From Candidatus Spongiisociaceae bacterium (lineage in GTDB: Bacteria > Actinomycetota > Acidimicrobiia > Spongiisociales > Spongiisociaceae): a DNA stretch of 64,000 nt. The DNA lies in the NCBI GenBank assembly GCA_965202665.1, contig OZ241841.1, forward strand, positions 928,001-992,000, in the 5' to 3' direction. The translations under genes and the position numbers were made by a program. Position 1 is the first letter of the stretch; the number at the start of each line of letters is the position of its first letter. Positions 18,513 to 27,855 of the stretch are shown in pieces. The notes below the pieces were generated by a model, which was not told the origin of the DNA, made no database searches, and saw only the letters and a list, made by a program, of their open reading frames with translations.

Positions 18513-19381
18513 ACGGCCGAACGGAGGATGAGGCGGGGGCGGGGCGGCCGGGCGGGGAGCCTCCCCCGGCGGGGGAAAGCCTGGTGGAGGAGGCGGCGGA
18601 GCTGGCCCGGCGGGCGGGGGCTCTCACCTTGAACTGGTTCCGAAAGACGGCGTTGCGGGTGGAGTCCAAAACGGACGGGTCGCCGGTGACGGAAGCCGAC
18701 CGGGAGGCGGAACTTTTCCTGCGGGCGCAACTGGCCGAACGTTTCCCGGAGGACGGCGTCGTGGGGGAGGAACACGGGACCAGCGCCGGACGCAGCGGGA
18801 GAACCTGGTACATCGACCCGATCGACGGCACCGAATCCTTCATCCGCCGCATCCCCCTCTATTCCACCCTGCTGGCCATGCGGGACGAACGCGGGATGGC
18901 GGTGGGGGTCATCAACCTGCCCGCCCTGGGGCGCACCGTGGCGGCCGGGCGGGGCCAAGGGTGCTTCCTGGACGGGGCCCGCACCCGGGTCAGCGACCGG
19001 ACCGGGTTGGAGGGGGCGCTGCTCACCACCACCGGGTTCGACCTGCTGCAGGGGGAGGCGGCGGAACGCCTGCGTCGCAGCCCCATGAAAATAAGGGGAT
19101 GGGGGGACGGCTACGGGTATGCGCTGGTGGCCGCCGGGATGGCGGAGGCGATGTACGATCCGATCGCCGCCCCCTGGGATCTGGCCCCCATGGAGGTGAT
19201 CATCCCGGAAGCGGGGGGTGTTTTCACCGACCGCAACGGGGTTTCCGATTTCCGGGCGGGAAGCGGGCTGGCCGCCAACGGGATATTGCATCCGCAGATC
19301 CTGAATCTGGTGTCCAAACGCCCGGGGGACCCAGACGGAAACGGAGCGGATGATCCGGGGAGGGGTTCCCCGGGTCAGTAG
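18509..19381 (+). CDS. hisN: Inositol monophosphatase family, probable histidinol-phosphatase
   Basis: SPVTEADREAE, GEE, IDPIDGT, RGWGDGYGY, WDLAP. Confidence 0.75.
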   Translation: MNGRTEDEAGAGRPGGEPPPAGESLVEEAAELARRAGALTLNWFRKTALRVESKTDGSPVTEADREAELFLRAQLAERFPEDGVVGEEHGTSAGRSGRTWYIDPIDGTESFIRRIPLYSTLLAMRDERGMAVGVINLPALGRTVAAGRGQGCFLDGARTRVSDRTGLEGALLTTTGFDLLQGEAAERLRRSPMKIRGWGDGYGYALVAAGMAEAMYDPIAAPWDLAPMEVIIPEAGGVFTDRNGVSDFRAGSGLAANGILHPQILNLVSKRPGDPDGNGADDPGRGSPGQ

Positions 19382-19908
19382 CCGCCCAGGCCGGCCAGTC
19401 GGCGAACCAGGCGGGCGGTGGCCCCCCACAGGGTCTCCCCGTCCAAGTCGAAGAAAAAAACCCGCCGTCCCCCCCAGTCTTCGCTCCGCCAGCGTGCCGC
19501 GTCCCGGAAAATGTCCAGCTGGGGGGTGAACACCGCCTCCACCTCCCCCGGGTCGGGGATGAGAACCGGGCGGGCGGACAGGCGGCCCACCACCGGAGTC
19601 ACCATCCGGGGGTAGGTGACGGTGTGGATATCGGGCAGGTATCCCAACGTCTCCACCTGCTCCGGCTCCAACCCCACTTCCTCCCCGGCTTCCCGCAGGG
19701 CGGTGCGCAACGGGGTTTCCCCCGGTTGCGGCTTGCCGCCGGGGAAAGCCAGATCCCCGGCGTGGGTGGGCATGTGGCCGGGCCGTTTGATGAGCACCAG
19801 GCGGGGGCCGTCCCGGTCGGGAAACAGGCAGGCCAGCACCGCCGCCCGCGGTTCCGGGCCCGCCGGTTGGGGAGCGTCCAGCAACGGGGGGAGGTTCCAT
19901 TCGTCCAT
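19375..19908 (-). CDS. Nudix hydrolase (CoA pyrophosphatase)
   Basis: AAVL, HAGDLAFPGG...ALREAGEEVGL Nudix box, LWGATA. Confidence 0.88.
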   Translation of the reverse strand: MDEWNLPPLLDAPQPAGPEPRAAVLACLFPDRDGPRLVLIKRPGHMPTHAGDLAFPGGKPQPGETPLRTALREAGEEVGLEPEQVETLGYLPDIHTVTYPRMVTPVVGRLSARPVLIPDPGEVEAVFTPQLDIFRDAARWRSEDWGGRRVFFFDLDGETLWGATARLVRRLAGLGGY

Positions 19909-19975
19909 CGGCTCATCGTAACCGGGCGGGGAACGCGCCGCCGCGCCCCGCCCGGCCCGGCTCCGCCCTCTAATC

Positions 19976-20614
19976 TTGACCCCGTATGCAAAGAAGTCGG
20001 CGATCCTGAACCATAGGCAAACCGGCGAACCGTTGCCCCACGCCGAAATCAGGGCCGGGGAGTTCATCCTGCGGCCCTTCCGGCGGCGGGACACCGCCTC
20101 CCTGCATCGGGCGGTGCTGGCTTCGCACGATGAACTGGCCGAGTTTCTGCCGTGGGCGAACACCCGCTACACCCGGGCCTCCGCCGCCGGGTTCGTCAGG
20201 GAAAGCATCCGCTCGTGGCGGGAGGCCAAAGCCTACGACTTCGCCGTTCACCGCCCGGAACAGCCCGACTACCACATCGGCAATGTCAGCATCTGGCATG
20301 TTTCCCGGGGATACCGCAGCGGGGAAATAGGTTATTGGATACGCACCGGGGAAACCGGCCGGGGGGCGGCCACCGAGGCGGCGGGGGCCATGTTGCGGGT
20401 CGGGTTCGAGCGGCTGGGGATGCATCGCATCGTGGTGCGCATCGCCGCCGGTAATTTGGCCAGCGAACAGGTGGCCCGCAAACTGGGCTTCACCTGGGAG
20501 GGACTGTTGCGGGAGGAAGTCAAAATCGGCGGCCGGTGGGTGGATCATTCCATATGGGGCATCCTGAAACGCGAATACGGGGGCGGATCGCACCCCAGCC
20601 GCCCCGTCTGCTGA
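19976..20614 (+). CDS. GNAT acetyltransferase, RimJ/RimL type
   Basis: GEIGYW, GRGAATEA, GNLASEQVARKLGFTWEG; start uncertain. Confidence 0.85.
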   Translation: MTPYAKKSAILNHRQTGEPLPHAEIRAGEFILRPFRRRDTASLHRAVLASHDELAEFLPWANTRYTRASAAGFVRESIRSWREAKAYDFAVHRPEQPDYHIGNVSIWHVSRGYRSGEIGYWIRTGETGRGAATEAAGAMLRVGFERLGMHRIVVRIAAGNLASEQVARKLGFTWEGLLREEVKIGGRWVDHSIWGILKREYGGGSHPSRPVC

Positions 20615-20639
20615 ACCAACCCCGGTTGCGGCGGGGGGA

Positions 20640-21644
20640 TTAGGAGTCTTCGCGGGCTTGGGATTGACGGCGGGTGATTTCGGCGGTGATGGCGGGAATC
20701 ACCTCGTGCAGGTCGGCTATCACCGCCCAGTCGGCTTTGGTCACCATCGGGGCCTCCCGGTCCAGGTTGACGGCCAGCACGTTTTGGGAGTTCATCATCC
20801 CCACCCAATGCTGGATGGCCCCGGAAATCCCGCACGCGATGTACAGGTCGGGGGCCACCACCGTCCCCGTCTGCCCCACCTGGAACTTGTGGTTGCGCCA
20901 TCCGTTGTTGGTCACCACCCGCGAGCACCCCACCGCTCCCCCCAACATTTCCGCCAACTCCTCCAAAGCGGCGAAACCTTCCGGGCTTCCCACTCCCCGG
21001 CCGCCGCTCACCACCACCGGGGCGGTGGCCAAAGTGATCCCCTCTTGCGCCGCAACCCGCTCCCGCACCATCGTCACCGCCTCCCCGGCCGGCAACTCCG
21101 GTTCGAACGTCCTCTTCTCCCCCGCCGCCGGGGAATCCAAAACCTCCGGTTCGGTTGCGTGCGGGGCCAGGGTGGCCAGTTTCATATCCGCCGACAGCCG
21201 GGCCCGCTCATGCAGGCTGCCCCCCCACCGCACCCGGGTCAGCAACCAGTCCTCCCCCCCGTCCGCCGCCGTTTCTATCTCCAAGCAGTTGGCCGCCATC
21301 GCCAGGCCGGAGCGGGCCCCCACCCCGGCCATGACCTCGTTGCCCCGGTCGGTGCCCACCGCCAGCACCGCCGCCGCCTCCGCGGAGCGGGCCAAGCGCC
21401 ACAGGCTTTCCGCCCAAGCGTCCGGGCCGTAGTCGGTCAGCAACGCATCCCGCACCGCGTAAACCGCCGCCGCCCCGTACGCCCCCAGCGAACCGGCCAA
21501 GCCCTCCGCCTCCTCCCCGATCAGGACCGCATGCAACTCCGCCCCGGCCGACTCCGCCAAACGGCGGGCGTAAGTCAACCCGCCCCAAACGGTTTCCTCC
21601 ATCGCCCCCCGGTCGTGCTCCGCCAGAAACAGGAAGGGGCTCAT
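20640..21644 (-). CDS. etfA: Electron transfer flavoprotein alpha subunit
   Basis: VVSGGRGVG, VGCSR, QVGQTG, LYIACGISGAIQH. Confidence 0.95.
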   Translation of the reverse strand: MSPFLFLAEHDRGAMEETVWGGLTYARRLAESAGAELHAVLIGEEAEGLAGSLGAYGAAAVYAVRDALLTDYGPDAWAESLWRLARSAEAAAVLAVGTDRGNEVMAGVGARSGLAMAANCLEIETAADGGEDWLLTRVRWGGSLHERARLSADMKLATLAPHATEPEVLDSPAAGEKRTFEPELPAGEAVTMVRERVAAQEGITLATAPVVVSGGRGVGSPEGFAALEELAEMLGGAVGCSRVVTNNGWRNHKFQVGQTGTVVAPDLYIACGISGAIQHWVGMMNSQNVLAVNLDREAPMVTKADWAVIADLHEVIPAITAEITRRQSQAREDS

Positions 21645-22408
21645 AGCAACCCCAACTCCTCCAAGATGTCCACCACCGCCGGGGCCGCCTCCGGCCCCTC
21701 CCCCAAAATGGACACTTGCCCGCCCGTAGCGGGCGGGGTCTCCAGCTCCAACATGGACAGGCCGGAGCCCGCCGGGGAAACCTCTTTGACCGTCACCTGC
21801 GCCTTGCGGGCCGCCATCCGGCCTTTCAAAGTCGGGTAGCGGGGCAGGTTGATGCCCTCTTTCACCGCCGCCGCCGCCGGCAGGGGCAAGCGGTACACCT
21901 CCCATCCGGAGGCGGTCTCCCGACGGGCGGTAACCTCCCCGTCGGCGACCTCCAAACTTTTGACGCCGCTCACCATCGGCCTCCCCAGCATGCGGGCCAC
22001 CCGGATTCCCACCTGGTAGCCCCCCGAATCGGCTGACTCGTTGCCGAACAGGATCAGGTCGAAGGGGTCCCCCGCCTCCGACTCCATCCCGCTGATGGCG
22101 CAAGCCAAAGTTCCGGCGGTGGAAACCGCATCCCAGTCCGCCTCCCCGGTTTGCAAGAGCGCCGCCTCCGACGCCCCCACCGCCGCCGCCGACCGCAACT
22201 GCTCCTCCGCCTCCGCCGGCCCCAACGTAATCACCGCCGCCGAACCCCCTTCCCGTTCCGCGATCCGCACCGCCTCCTCCACCGCGCATTCCTCGTGCGG
22301 GCTGACCGTGAATCCCAGCAAAGCGGCGTCAATGTCCCGCCGGTCGGAGGTGAGCACGATGCGCGCCCCCGGGGCCGGAACCCGTTTCACGCAAGCCAAA
22401 ACGCGCAT
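21641..22408 (-). CDS. etfB: Electron transfer flavoprotein beta subunit
   Basis: MRVLACVKRVP, AVEEAVRI, LFGNESADSG, INLPRYP. Confidence 0.93.
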   Translation of the reverse strand: MRVLACVKRVPAPGARIVLTSDRRDIDAALLGFTVSPHEECAVEEAVRIAEREGGSAAVITLGPAEAEEQLRSAAAVGASEAALLQTGEADWDAVSTAGTLACAISGMESEAGDPFDLILFGNESADSGGYQVGIRVARMLGRPMVSGVKSLEVADGEVTARRETASGWEVYRLPLPAAAAVKEGINLPRYPTLKGRMAARKAQVTVKEVSPAGSGLSMLELETPPATGGQVSILGEGPEAAPAVVDILEELGLL

Positions 22409-22462
22409 CGCCGCTTCAGATCCTCCCCGTCGCGACCGAACCGCCGCCCGCCCGGCCGCTGG

Positions 22463-25003
22463 TCAACATTTCATCCGGGAGTCGTCGGGGTCGAACAGGG
22501 GCCGGGAGCCGACCCGGGCCACCCGCACCGGGAACAGTTCATTTTGGTACATTATCCGCAACTCCCGCCCCTCTTCGGCCATGCCGGCGGGCAGGTAACC
22601 GAGCAACAGGTAGGAGTCCAAAGACGGCCCCGCCCCGGCGCTGGTCACCCGCGAAACCCGGCCTTTGCCGTCCACGATGCGCTCCCCCTCCAAGGTGAGA
22701 ATGGGCTCGTTGCCGCCCGTCGGGAAACGGGCCTCCGCCTCCCCCGAGCCGGACCCGGAGCCCGCAACCGGCAGATGGCTTTCCATGGTCAGCGTGCAAC
22801 ATACCGCCGCCGGGCCCTCCTCCCGGGCCGCCAGATAGGCTTTTTTGCCGATGAAATCGGCCGCCTTCACTTTGGGGCGGGCCAACCCGGCCTCCACCGG
22901 GTCGTACTCCGACTCCAACTCGGCCCCCATCAGCCGGTAGCCTTTCTCCAACCGGCCGGTGGTCCCGTACACCCCGGCCCCCACCGCCGTCACCCCCAAA
23001 TCCCGCCCGGCCTCCCACAAGGTCTCCCACAGAAGCGGCCCATGTTCCATATCCGCGTAAATCTCCCACCCCAAATCCCCCACGTAGGAGATGCGGAACA
23101 TCACCGCCGGAACCGACCCGATGGTCACCCGCCGCCAAGTCCCGTACGGAAAACCCTCATGGGAAATGTCATCCCCCCGGCCCGTCGTTTTGCCCACCAA
23201 CCGCCGGGCGTTGGGCCCCCACACCCCGATGGTGGTGAGAGCGGAGGTGGAATCGGTGAAAGTCACCGACCCGTCGTCCGGCGCCCATTTGCGGAACCAG
23301 TAGGCGTCCCGCCCCCCGTCGAACCCGCCGGTTACCACCCGGTAATGGCGCTCCCCCATGCGCAGGATGGTCAAATCGGACCGGAACCCCCCCTCTTCGG
23401 TCAGCAACGGGGTGTAAACGCCGCTCCCCGGCGGACGGTCCATCTGATTGACCGCCAACCGCTGCACGTAATCGACCGCGCCCGGCCCGGTTATGTCGAA
23501 GATGGCGAAGGCGGTCAGGTCCACCATCCCCGCCCCTTCCCGCAGGGCCAGATGCTCGGCGTTCTGAATGGGCGACCACCAGCGGGAATCCCATTCATGG
23601 GGACGTTGCGGGATGCGCTCCCGATACTTGTCAACCAGATGGGCGTTGGACTCGTACCAATGGGGCCGCTCCCAACCCCCCGCCTCGAAATAGACCGCTC
23701 CCAAAGAGGAGGTGAGGTCGTGCAAGGAGCTGACCCGGCTCCGGCGGCGCGTCTCCCATTGCTCCCGGGGATGGACGATGCCGTAGGTTTTGTTGAAATG
23801 CTCGGCGCACCGGGCCAGGATGTGCGGTTCGGTTTTCATGTACGGATAGAAGCGGGCGATGTCGGAGGCGTGCGGGTCCGTCTCCGGGTAGCCCTGCGTC
23901 ATCCACTCCGCCAAGGCCCGGCCCGTGCCCGGACCCTCCTTGATCCAGATGGCGGCGCACGACCACAGGTTGCGCACCTCCGGGCATTCCCCCACCAGCG
24001 GCATGGCGTCCGGGGTGAGGGACAGCAACCCGTTGATCCCGTATTTGATTTCGGCGTCCCCCAGAAACGGCATCAGTTCCACCGCCTGCTCCAACTGCGG
24101 ATCGAAGTCGTCCATGGTCAGGGGCAGTTCGGTGGGCGACAGGCGGGCCTCGTCGATGGACGGGATGGCGTCCGGGTGGTGGAATATGGGACGGTGGGCG
24201 TAGGAGCCCACTTCCATGGAGCCGCCGGTCTGCCGCTCGTAGCAGAAAGTGTCCATATCCCGCACGATGGGGTAGCCGATCTCGCTGTTGGTGGCCTGCA
24301 GGACGTCCAGCGGGCCCACGTCGATCATCTGATGCACGGCCGGGGTGAGCGGGATGGAAGCCCCGGCCATGGCCGCGATGCGGGGCGACCACACCCCGCA
24401 AGCCACCACCACATGCTCGCAGGCCGTCCGCCCCCGGTCGGTGACCACCGCCGCTACCCGCCCGCCGGAAACTTCAATGTCCGTCACTTCGGTCAGCGGA
24501 TGCACCGACAGCGCCCCCCGTTCCAAGGCGTATTCCCGCATCAGCGTGCCCGCCCGCAACGAATCCACCACCGACGCGCTGGGCGTGAACCAACCGCCGA
24601 TGATCACCTCCGGGTCCAAGAAGGGCACCAGCTCCGCCACCTCCGCCGGAGTGAGCAACCAGCTGTCGATGCCCCACGTTTTGGCCGAAGTCATGCGCCG
24701 GTTCAACTCGTGCATACGGGCCTCGGTGCGGGCCACTTCGATCCCCCCCGAGGTGACGCTCACCTCCATCTCCTCGTACTGGCGCTGGCTGTCCAAGGTG
24801 AGATGGGCCATTTCTTTGTTGTGATCCACCGGGTAAATGAAGTTGGAGGCGTGGCCGGTGGAACCTCCCGGATTGGGCAACGGCCCCTTGTCCACCTGCA
24901 CGATGTCGCGCCATCCCATGGCGGCTAAGTGCTTCACCACCGAGTTGCCGACTATGCCGGCGCCGATCACCACTACCTGCGCGCTGGTGGGGAGGTCGCT
25001 CAC
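22463..25003 (-). CDS. Dimethylglycine/sarcosine dehydrogenase (FAD + GcvT domains)
   Basis: VVIGAGIVG, GSTGHA, LTPDAMPLVGE, GGWERPHW, RISYVGDLGWEIY, RLEKGYR; co-transcribed with ETF. Confidence 0.88.
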   Translation of the reverse strand: MSDLPTSAQVVVIGAGIVGNSVVKHLAAMGWRDIVQVDKGPLPNPGGSTGHASNFIYPVDHNKEMAHLTLDSQRQYEEMEVSVTSGGIEVARTEARMHELNRRMTSAKTWGIDSWLLTPAEVAELVPFLDPEVIIGGWFTPSASVVDSLRAGTLMREYALERGALSVHPLTEVTDIEVSGGRVAAVVTDRGRTACEHVVVACGVWSPRIAAMAGASIPLTPAVHQMIDVGPLDVLQATNSEIGYPIVRDMDTFCYERQTGGSMEVGSYAHRPIFHHPDAIPSIDEARLSPTELPLTMDDFDPQLEQAVELMPFLGDAEIKYGINGLLSLTPDAMPLVGECPEVRNLWSCAAIWIKEGPGTGRALAEWMTQGYPETDPHASDIARFYPYMKTEPHILARCAEHFNKTYGIVHPREQWETRRRSRVSSLHDLTSSLGAVYFEAGGWERPHWYESNAHLVDKYRERIPQRPHEWDSRWWSPIQNAEHLALREGAGMVDLTAFAIFDITGPGAVDYVQRLAVNQMDRPPGSGVYTPLLTEEGGFRSDLTILRMGERHYRVVTGGFDGGRDAYWFRKWAPDDGSVTFTDSTSALTTIGVWGPNARRLVGKTTGRGDDISHEGFPYGTWRRVTIGSVPAVMFRISYVGDLGWEIYADMEHGPLLWETLWEAGRDLGVTAVGAGVYGTTGRLEKGYRLMGAELESEYDPVEAGLARPKVKAADFIGKKAYLAAREEGPAAVCCTLTMESHLPVAGSGSGSGEAEARFPTGGNEPILTLEGERIVDGKGRVSRVTSAGAGPSLDSYLLLGYLPAGMAEEGRELRIMYQNELFPVRVARVGSRPLFDPDDSRMKC

Positions 25004-25112
25004 TGCTGCTCCTTCCTGCGGTTGACGCTACCGGACCGCCGCCCGGCGGACTTTGCCCAATCTCCGTTTTGCGCGGAAACCTTTGCCATGAGCCGCCGCC
25101 GGCGCTATTCTA

Positions 25113-25146
25113 TACCACGATGCGGTACAGTTCCGCATTGTGGAAC
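25113..25146. promoter_or_regulatory. Two tandem imperfect palindromes, IclR-like operator candidates
   Basis: TACCACGATGCGGTA (25113-25127) and GTTCCGCATTGTGGAAC (25130-25146) in a divergent intergenic region. Confidence 0.5.
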
Positions 25147-25196
25147 ACATTCGGCCGACCGACGACGGATAGCCGGGCAACGCAGGCGGGGATGAA

Positions 25197-25898
25197 ATGA
25201 CCGAACAGGAACTGGATCTTCGCACCCTCGGCGACGAGGATCTGGTGCCCCAAATGCACGACGACCTGTACGACGGGTTGGCGGAGGAAATCGACCTGGG
25301 CGTGCGCATCCTCCTGGAACGGGGATGGGACGCCTCCCGGGTGCTCAACGAAGCCCTGGTGGAGGGGATGCGCATCGTGGGGATTGATTTCCGGGACGGC
25401 ATACTGTTCGTGCCGGAAGTGTTGCTGGCGGCCAACGCCATGAAAGCGGGAATGACGGTGTTGCGGCCTTTGCTGGCTGAAACCGGGGCGGAAACCATCG
25501 GCAAGGTGGTGATCGGTACCGTCAAAGGGGACATACACGACATAGGCAAAAACCTGGTGGCGATGATGCTGGAGGGGGCCGGGTTCGAAGTAATCGACCT
25601 GGGGATCAACACCGATGTGGAAGAGTTCTTGGAGGCCCTGGCCGAACACCAACCGGACATCCTGGGAATGTCGGCGTTGCTCACCACCACCATGCCCTAT
25701 ATGAAAGTGGTGATCGACACCCTGGTGGAGCGGGAGCAGCGCGGCGACCATATCGTGATGGTGGGGGGAGCCCCGCTCAACGAAGAGTTCGGGACGGCCA
25801 TCGGCGCCGACGCTTACTGCCGGGACGCGGCGGTGGCCGCCGAGACCGCCAAAAGCCTGGTGGAAAAACGCCGCATCCTGGCCAGCGAACATGTCTGA
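25197..25898 (+). CDS. Corrinoid (B12-binding) protein of methyltransferase system
   Basis: FVPEVLLAANAMKAG, GTVKGDIHDIGKNLV (DxHxxG), SALLTTTM, VGGAP. Confidence 0.95.
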   Translation: MTEQELDLRTLGDEDLVPQMHDDLYDGLAEEIDLGVRILLERGWDASRVLNEALVEGMRIVGIDFRDGILFVPEVLLAANAMKAGMTVLRPLLAETGAETIGKVVIGTVKGDIHDIGKNLVAMMLEGAGFEVIDLGINTDVEEFLEALAEHQPDILGMSALLTTTMPYMKVVIDTLVEREQRGDHIVMVGGAPLNEEFGTAIGADAYCRDAAVAAETAKSLVEKRRILASEHV

Positions 25899-26520
25899 GG
25901 CCCCCGCCGCCGAACCCGGAAAGGTCTTGGCGATCGCCTGCGGGGCTCTGGCCGGGGAAATCCGGCGCTTGGTGAAACTCAACGGCTGGGACCATGTGGA
26001 CTTGGAGTGCCTGCCCGCCCGCCTGCACAACGAACCCGGCAAGATCACCCCGGCCGTGGAACGGCTGCTGGAGGAAAAAGCCCTCCGCTATGAACGGGTT
26101 TTGATCGGATACGCCGACTGCGGCACCGGCGGCCGCTTGGATTCCCTGTTGGAAAAATGGCCGCAGGCGCGACGGTTGCCCGGGGCCCACTGCTACGAGT
26201 TCTACGCCACCTCCCCGCTGTTCGCCGAACTGCACCAAGCCGAACCGGGCTCCTTCTACCTGACTGACTTTTTGGCCGCTCATTTCGACCGGCTGGTATG
26301 GGAGTTCCTGGGACTGGACCGCCACCCGCAACTGCGGGACGACTACTTCGGCAACTACCGCCGCCTGGTTTACCTGTCGCAAAACGAGGATCGCCGGCTG
26401 CTGGACTCCGCCCGCCGCGCCGCCGACCGGTTGGGATTGGAATTCCGGCATATTCCCACCGGAATGGGCGATTTGGCCTCCGCCTTACGCGACGTCGCCC
26501 AGCTGGCCCGGGCCGGATGA
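25891..26520 (+). CDS. DUF1638 family protein
   Basis: IACGALAGEI, LPARLHNEP, GYADCGTGG, GAHCYEF, FYLTDFL. Confidence 0.85.
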   Translation: MSEAPAAEPGKVLAIACGALAGEIRRLVKLNGWDHVDLECLPARLHNEPGKITPAVERLLEEKALRYERVLIGYADCGTGGRLDSLLEKWPQARRLPGAHCYEFYATSPLFAELHQAEPGSFYLTDFLAAHFDRLVWEFLGLDRHPQLRDDYFGNYRRLVYLSQNEDRRLLDSARRAADRLGLEFRHIPTGMGDLASALRDVAQLARAG

Positions 26521-26921
26521 CCGTCGCCCGCACCCGCCCCGGCCGCAACCGGCGGGCCGTCGACGAGACAACGGTCATCTTCTGGCGGGACATTCCAGCC
26601 CAGGTCACCGTCCGCTACCGGGGCAAGACGGCGGCCGTGGAGCTGCCCGTCCGCTTCCGCACCGCCATCGACCAAGCGGCTATGAACGCGGGCAAAAAAA
26701 CCTACGACGAGTACATCGGCGAATGGCTCCGCCGCTCCTCTCCCATAGACCGGCCCGCCGCCGGGGGACCGGAGGACGATGACCCGGCGGCGACCGCCCA
26801 AGCTTTGGCCGAGGCGGAGGCGGAACGGCTGCAAGCCGACTACCCGGGACCGCGGATGGTGCGCTTGGTGCGCAACGGAGGGTACGAACCGGACGGGGAA
26901 AACGGGGAGGGGGGGCGATGA
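26517..26921 (+). CDS. 'Virulence factor' (Cvf-like) domain protein found in corrinoid methyltransferase clusters
   Basis: VIFWRDIPAQV...LPVRFRTAIDQAAM...YIGEW; ATGA overlaps on both sides. Confidence 0.75.
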   Translation: MTVARTRPGRNRRAVDETTVIFWRDIPAQVTVRYRGKTAAVELPVRFRTAIDQAAMNAGKKTYDEYIGEWLRRSSPIDRPAAGGPEDDDPAATAQALAEAEAERLQADYPGPRMVRLVRNGGYEPDGENGEGGR

Positions 26922-27850
26922 CGCGCACGGTGGTGTCCTCCGCGGTCCGGGAAGTGGTGATCGGCCCCGACCGCCCGTTCACGGTTATTGGGGAGCGCAT
27001 CAACCCCACCGGCCGCAAACTGCTGGCCGCGGAGATGAAAGAAGGCGACTACTCCCGGGTGAAGGCGGACGCCTTGGCCCAAGTGGCGGCCGGGGCCCAT
27101 ATGCTGGATGTCAACGCCGGCATCCCCTTAGCGGACGAACCGCGCATCCTGGCCGAAGCCGTGCAACTGGTGCAATCGCTGGTGGACGTCCCGCTGGCCA
27201 TCGACTCTTCCATCGTGGAAGCCCTGCAGGCGGGCTTGGACGTTTATCAGGGCAAAGCCTTGGTCAATTCGGTCACCGGAGAGGAGGAGCGCCTGGAGTC
27301 GGTGTTGCCGATGATCGCCAAACACGGGGCGGCGGTGGTGGCCATCTCCAACGACGAAACCGGCATTTCCGAGGACCCGGACGTCCGATACGACGTGGCG
27401 GCCAAAATCGTACGCCGGGCGGCCGACCACGGCATACCCAAAGAGGACGTGGTGGTGGACCCGCTGGTGATGCCCATCGGGGCCATGCGCTACGCCGGAC
27501 GGCAGGTGTTCCGCATTGTGCGGCGATTGCGGGACGAACTGGGCGTCAACTCCATCTGCGGGGCCTCCAACATCAGTTTCGGCCTGCCCAACCGGGCGGG
27601 GATCAACAGCGCATTTCTGAGCATGGCGGCCGCCAACGGCCTCACTTCGGCCATCACCAACCCGTTGGAGCCGGAAATCACCGCCGCCGTCAAAGCGGCC
27701 GACGTAATGAACGGAAACGACCCGGATTGCGCAACCTGGATCCGCTCCCACCGCGCCCCCCCGGCCGACGGGGAGGGGAGGCGGCGGAGCGGGCGGCGGC
27801 GGGCGGCCCCCGCCCCGGAGCGGGCCGGCTCTCCCATCGCAGGCGGGTAA
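26918..27850 (+). CDS. Methyltetrahydrofolate:corrinoid methyltransferase (pterin-binding, MeTr)
   Basis: IGERINPTGRK, LDVNAG, IDSS, VNSVTGE, VDPLV, GASNISFGLP. Confidence 0.92.
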   Translation: MTRTVVSSAVREVVIGPDRPFTVIGERINPTGRKLLAAEMKEGDYSRVKADALAQVAAGAHMLDVNAGIPLADEPRILAEAVQLVQSLVDVPLAIDSSIVEALQAGLDVYQGKALVNSVTGEEERLESVLPMIAKHGAAVVAISNDETGISEDPDVRYDVAAKIVRRAADHGIPKEDVVVDPLVMPIGAMRYAGRQVFRIVRRLRDELGVNSICGASNISFGLPNRAGINSAFLSMAAANGLTSAITNPLEPEITAAVKAADVMNGNDPDCATWIRSHRAPPADGEGRRRSGRRRAAPAPERAGSPIAGG

Positions 27851-27855
27851 GGCAA

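Noticed and set aside
22735-22770. GSGSGSG repeat in the DMG dehydrogenase
   Set aside because: Short in-frame low-complexity loop; no sign of functional significance
25004-25196. Cobalamin riboswitch before B12-dependent genes (also checked upstream of nrdJ)
   Set aside because: No recognisable B12-box or conserved core by eye; a covariance search would be needed to exclude it fully
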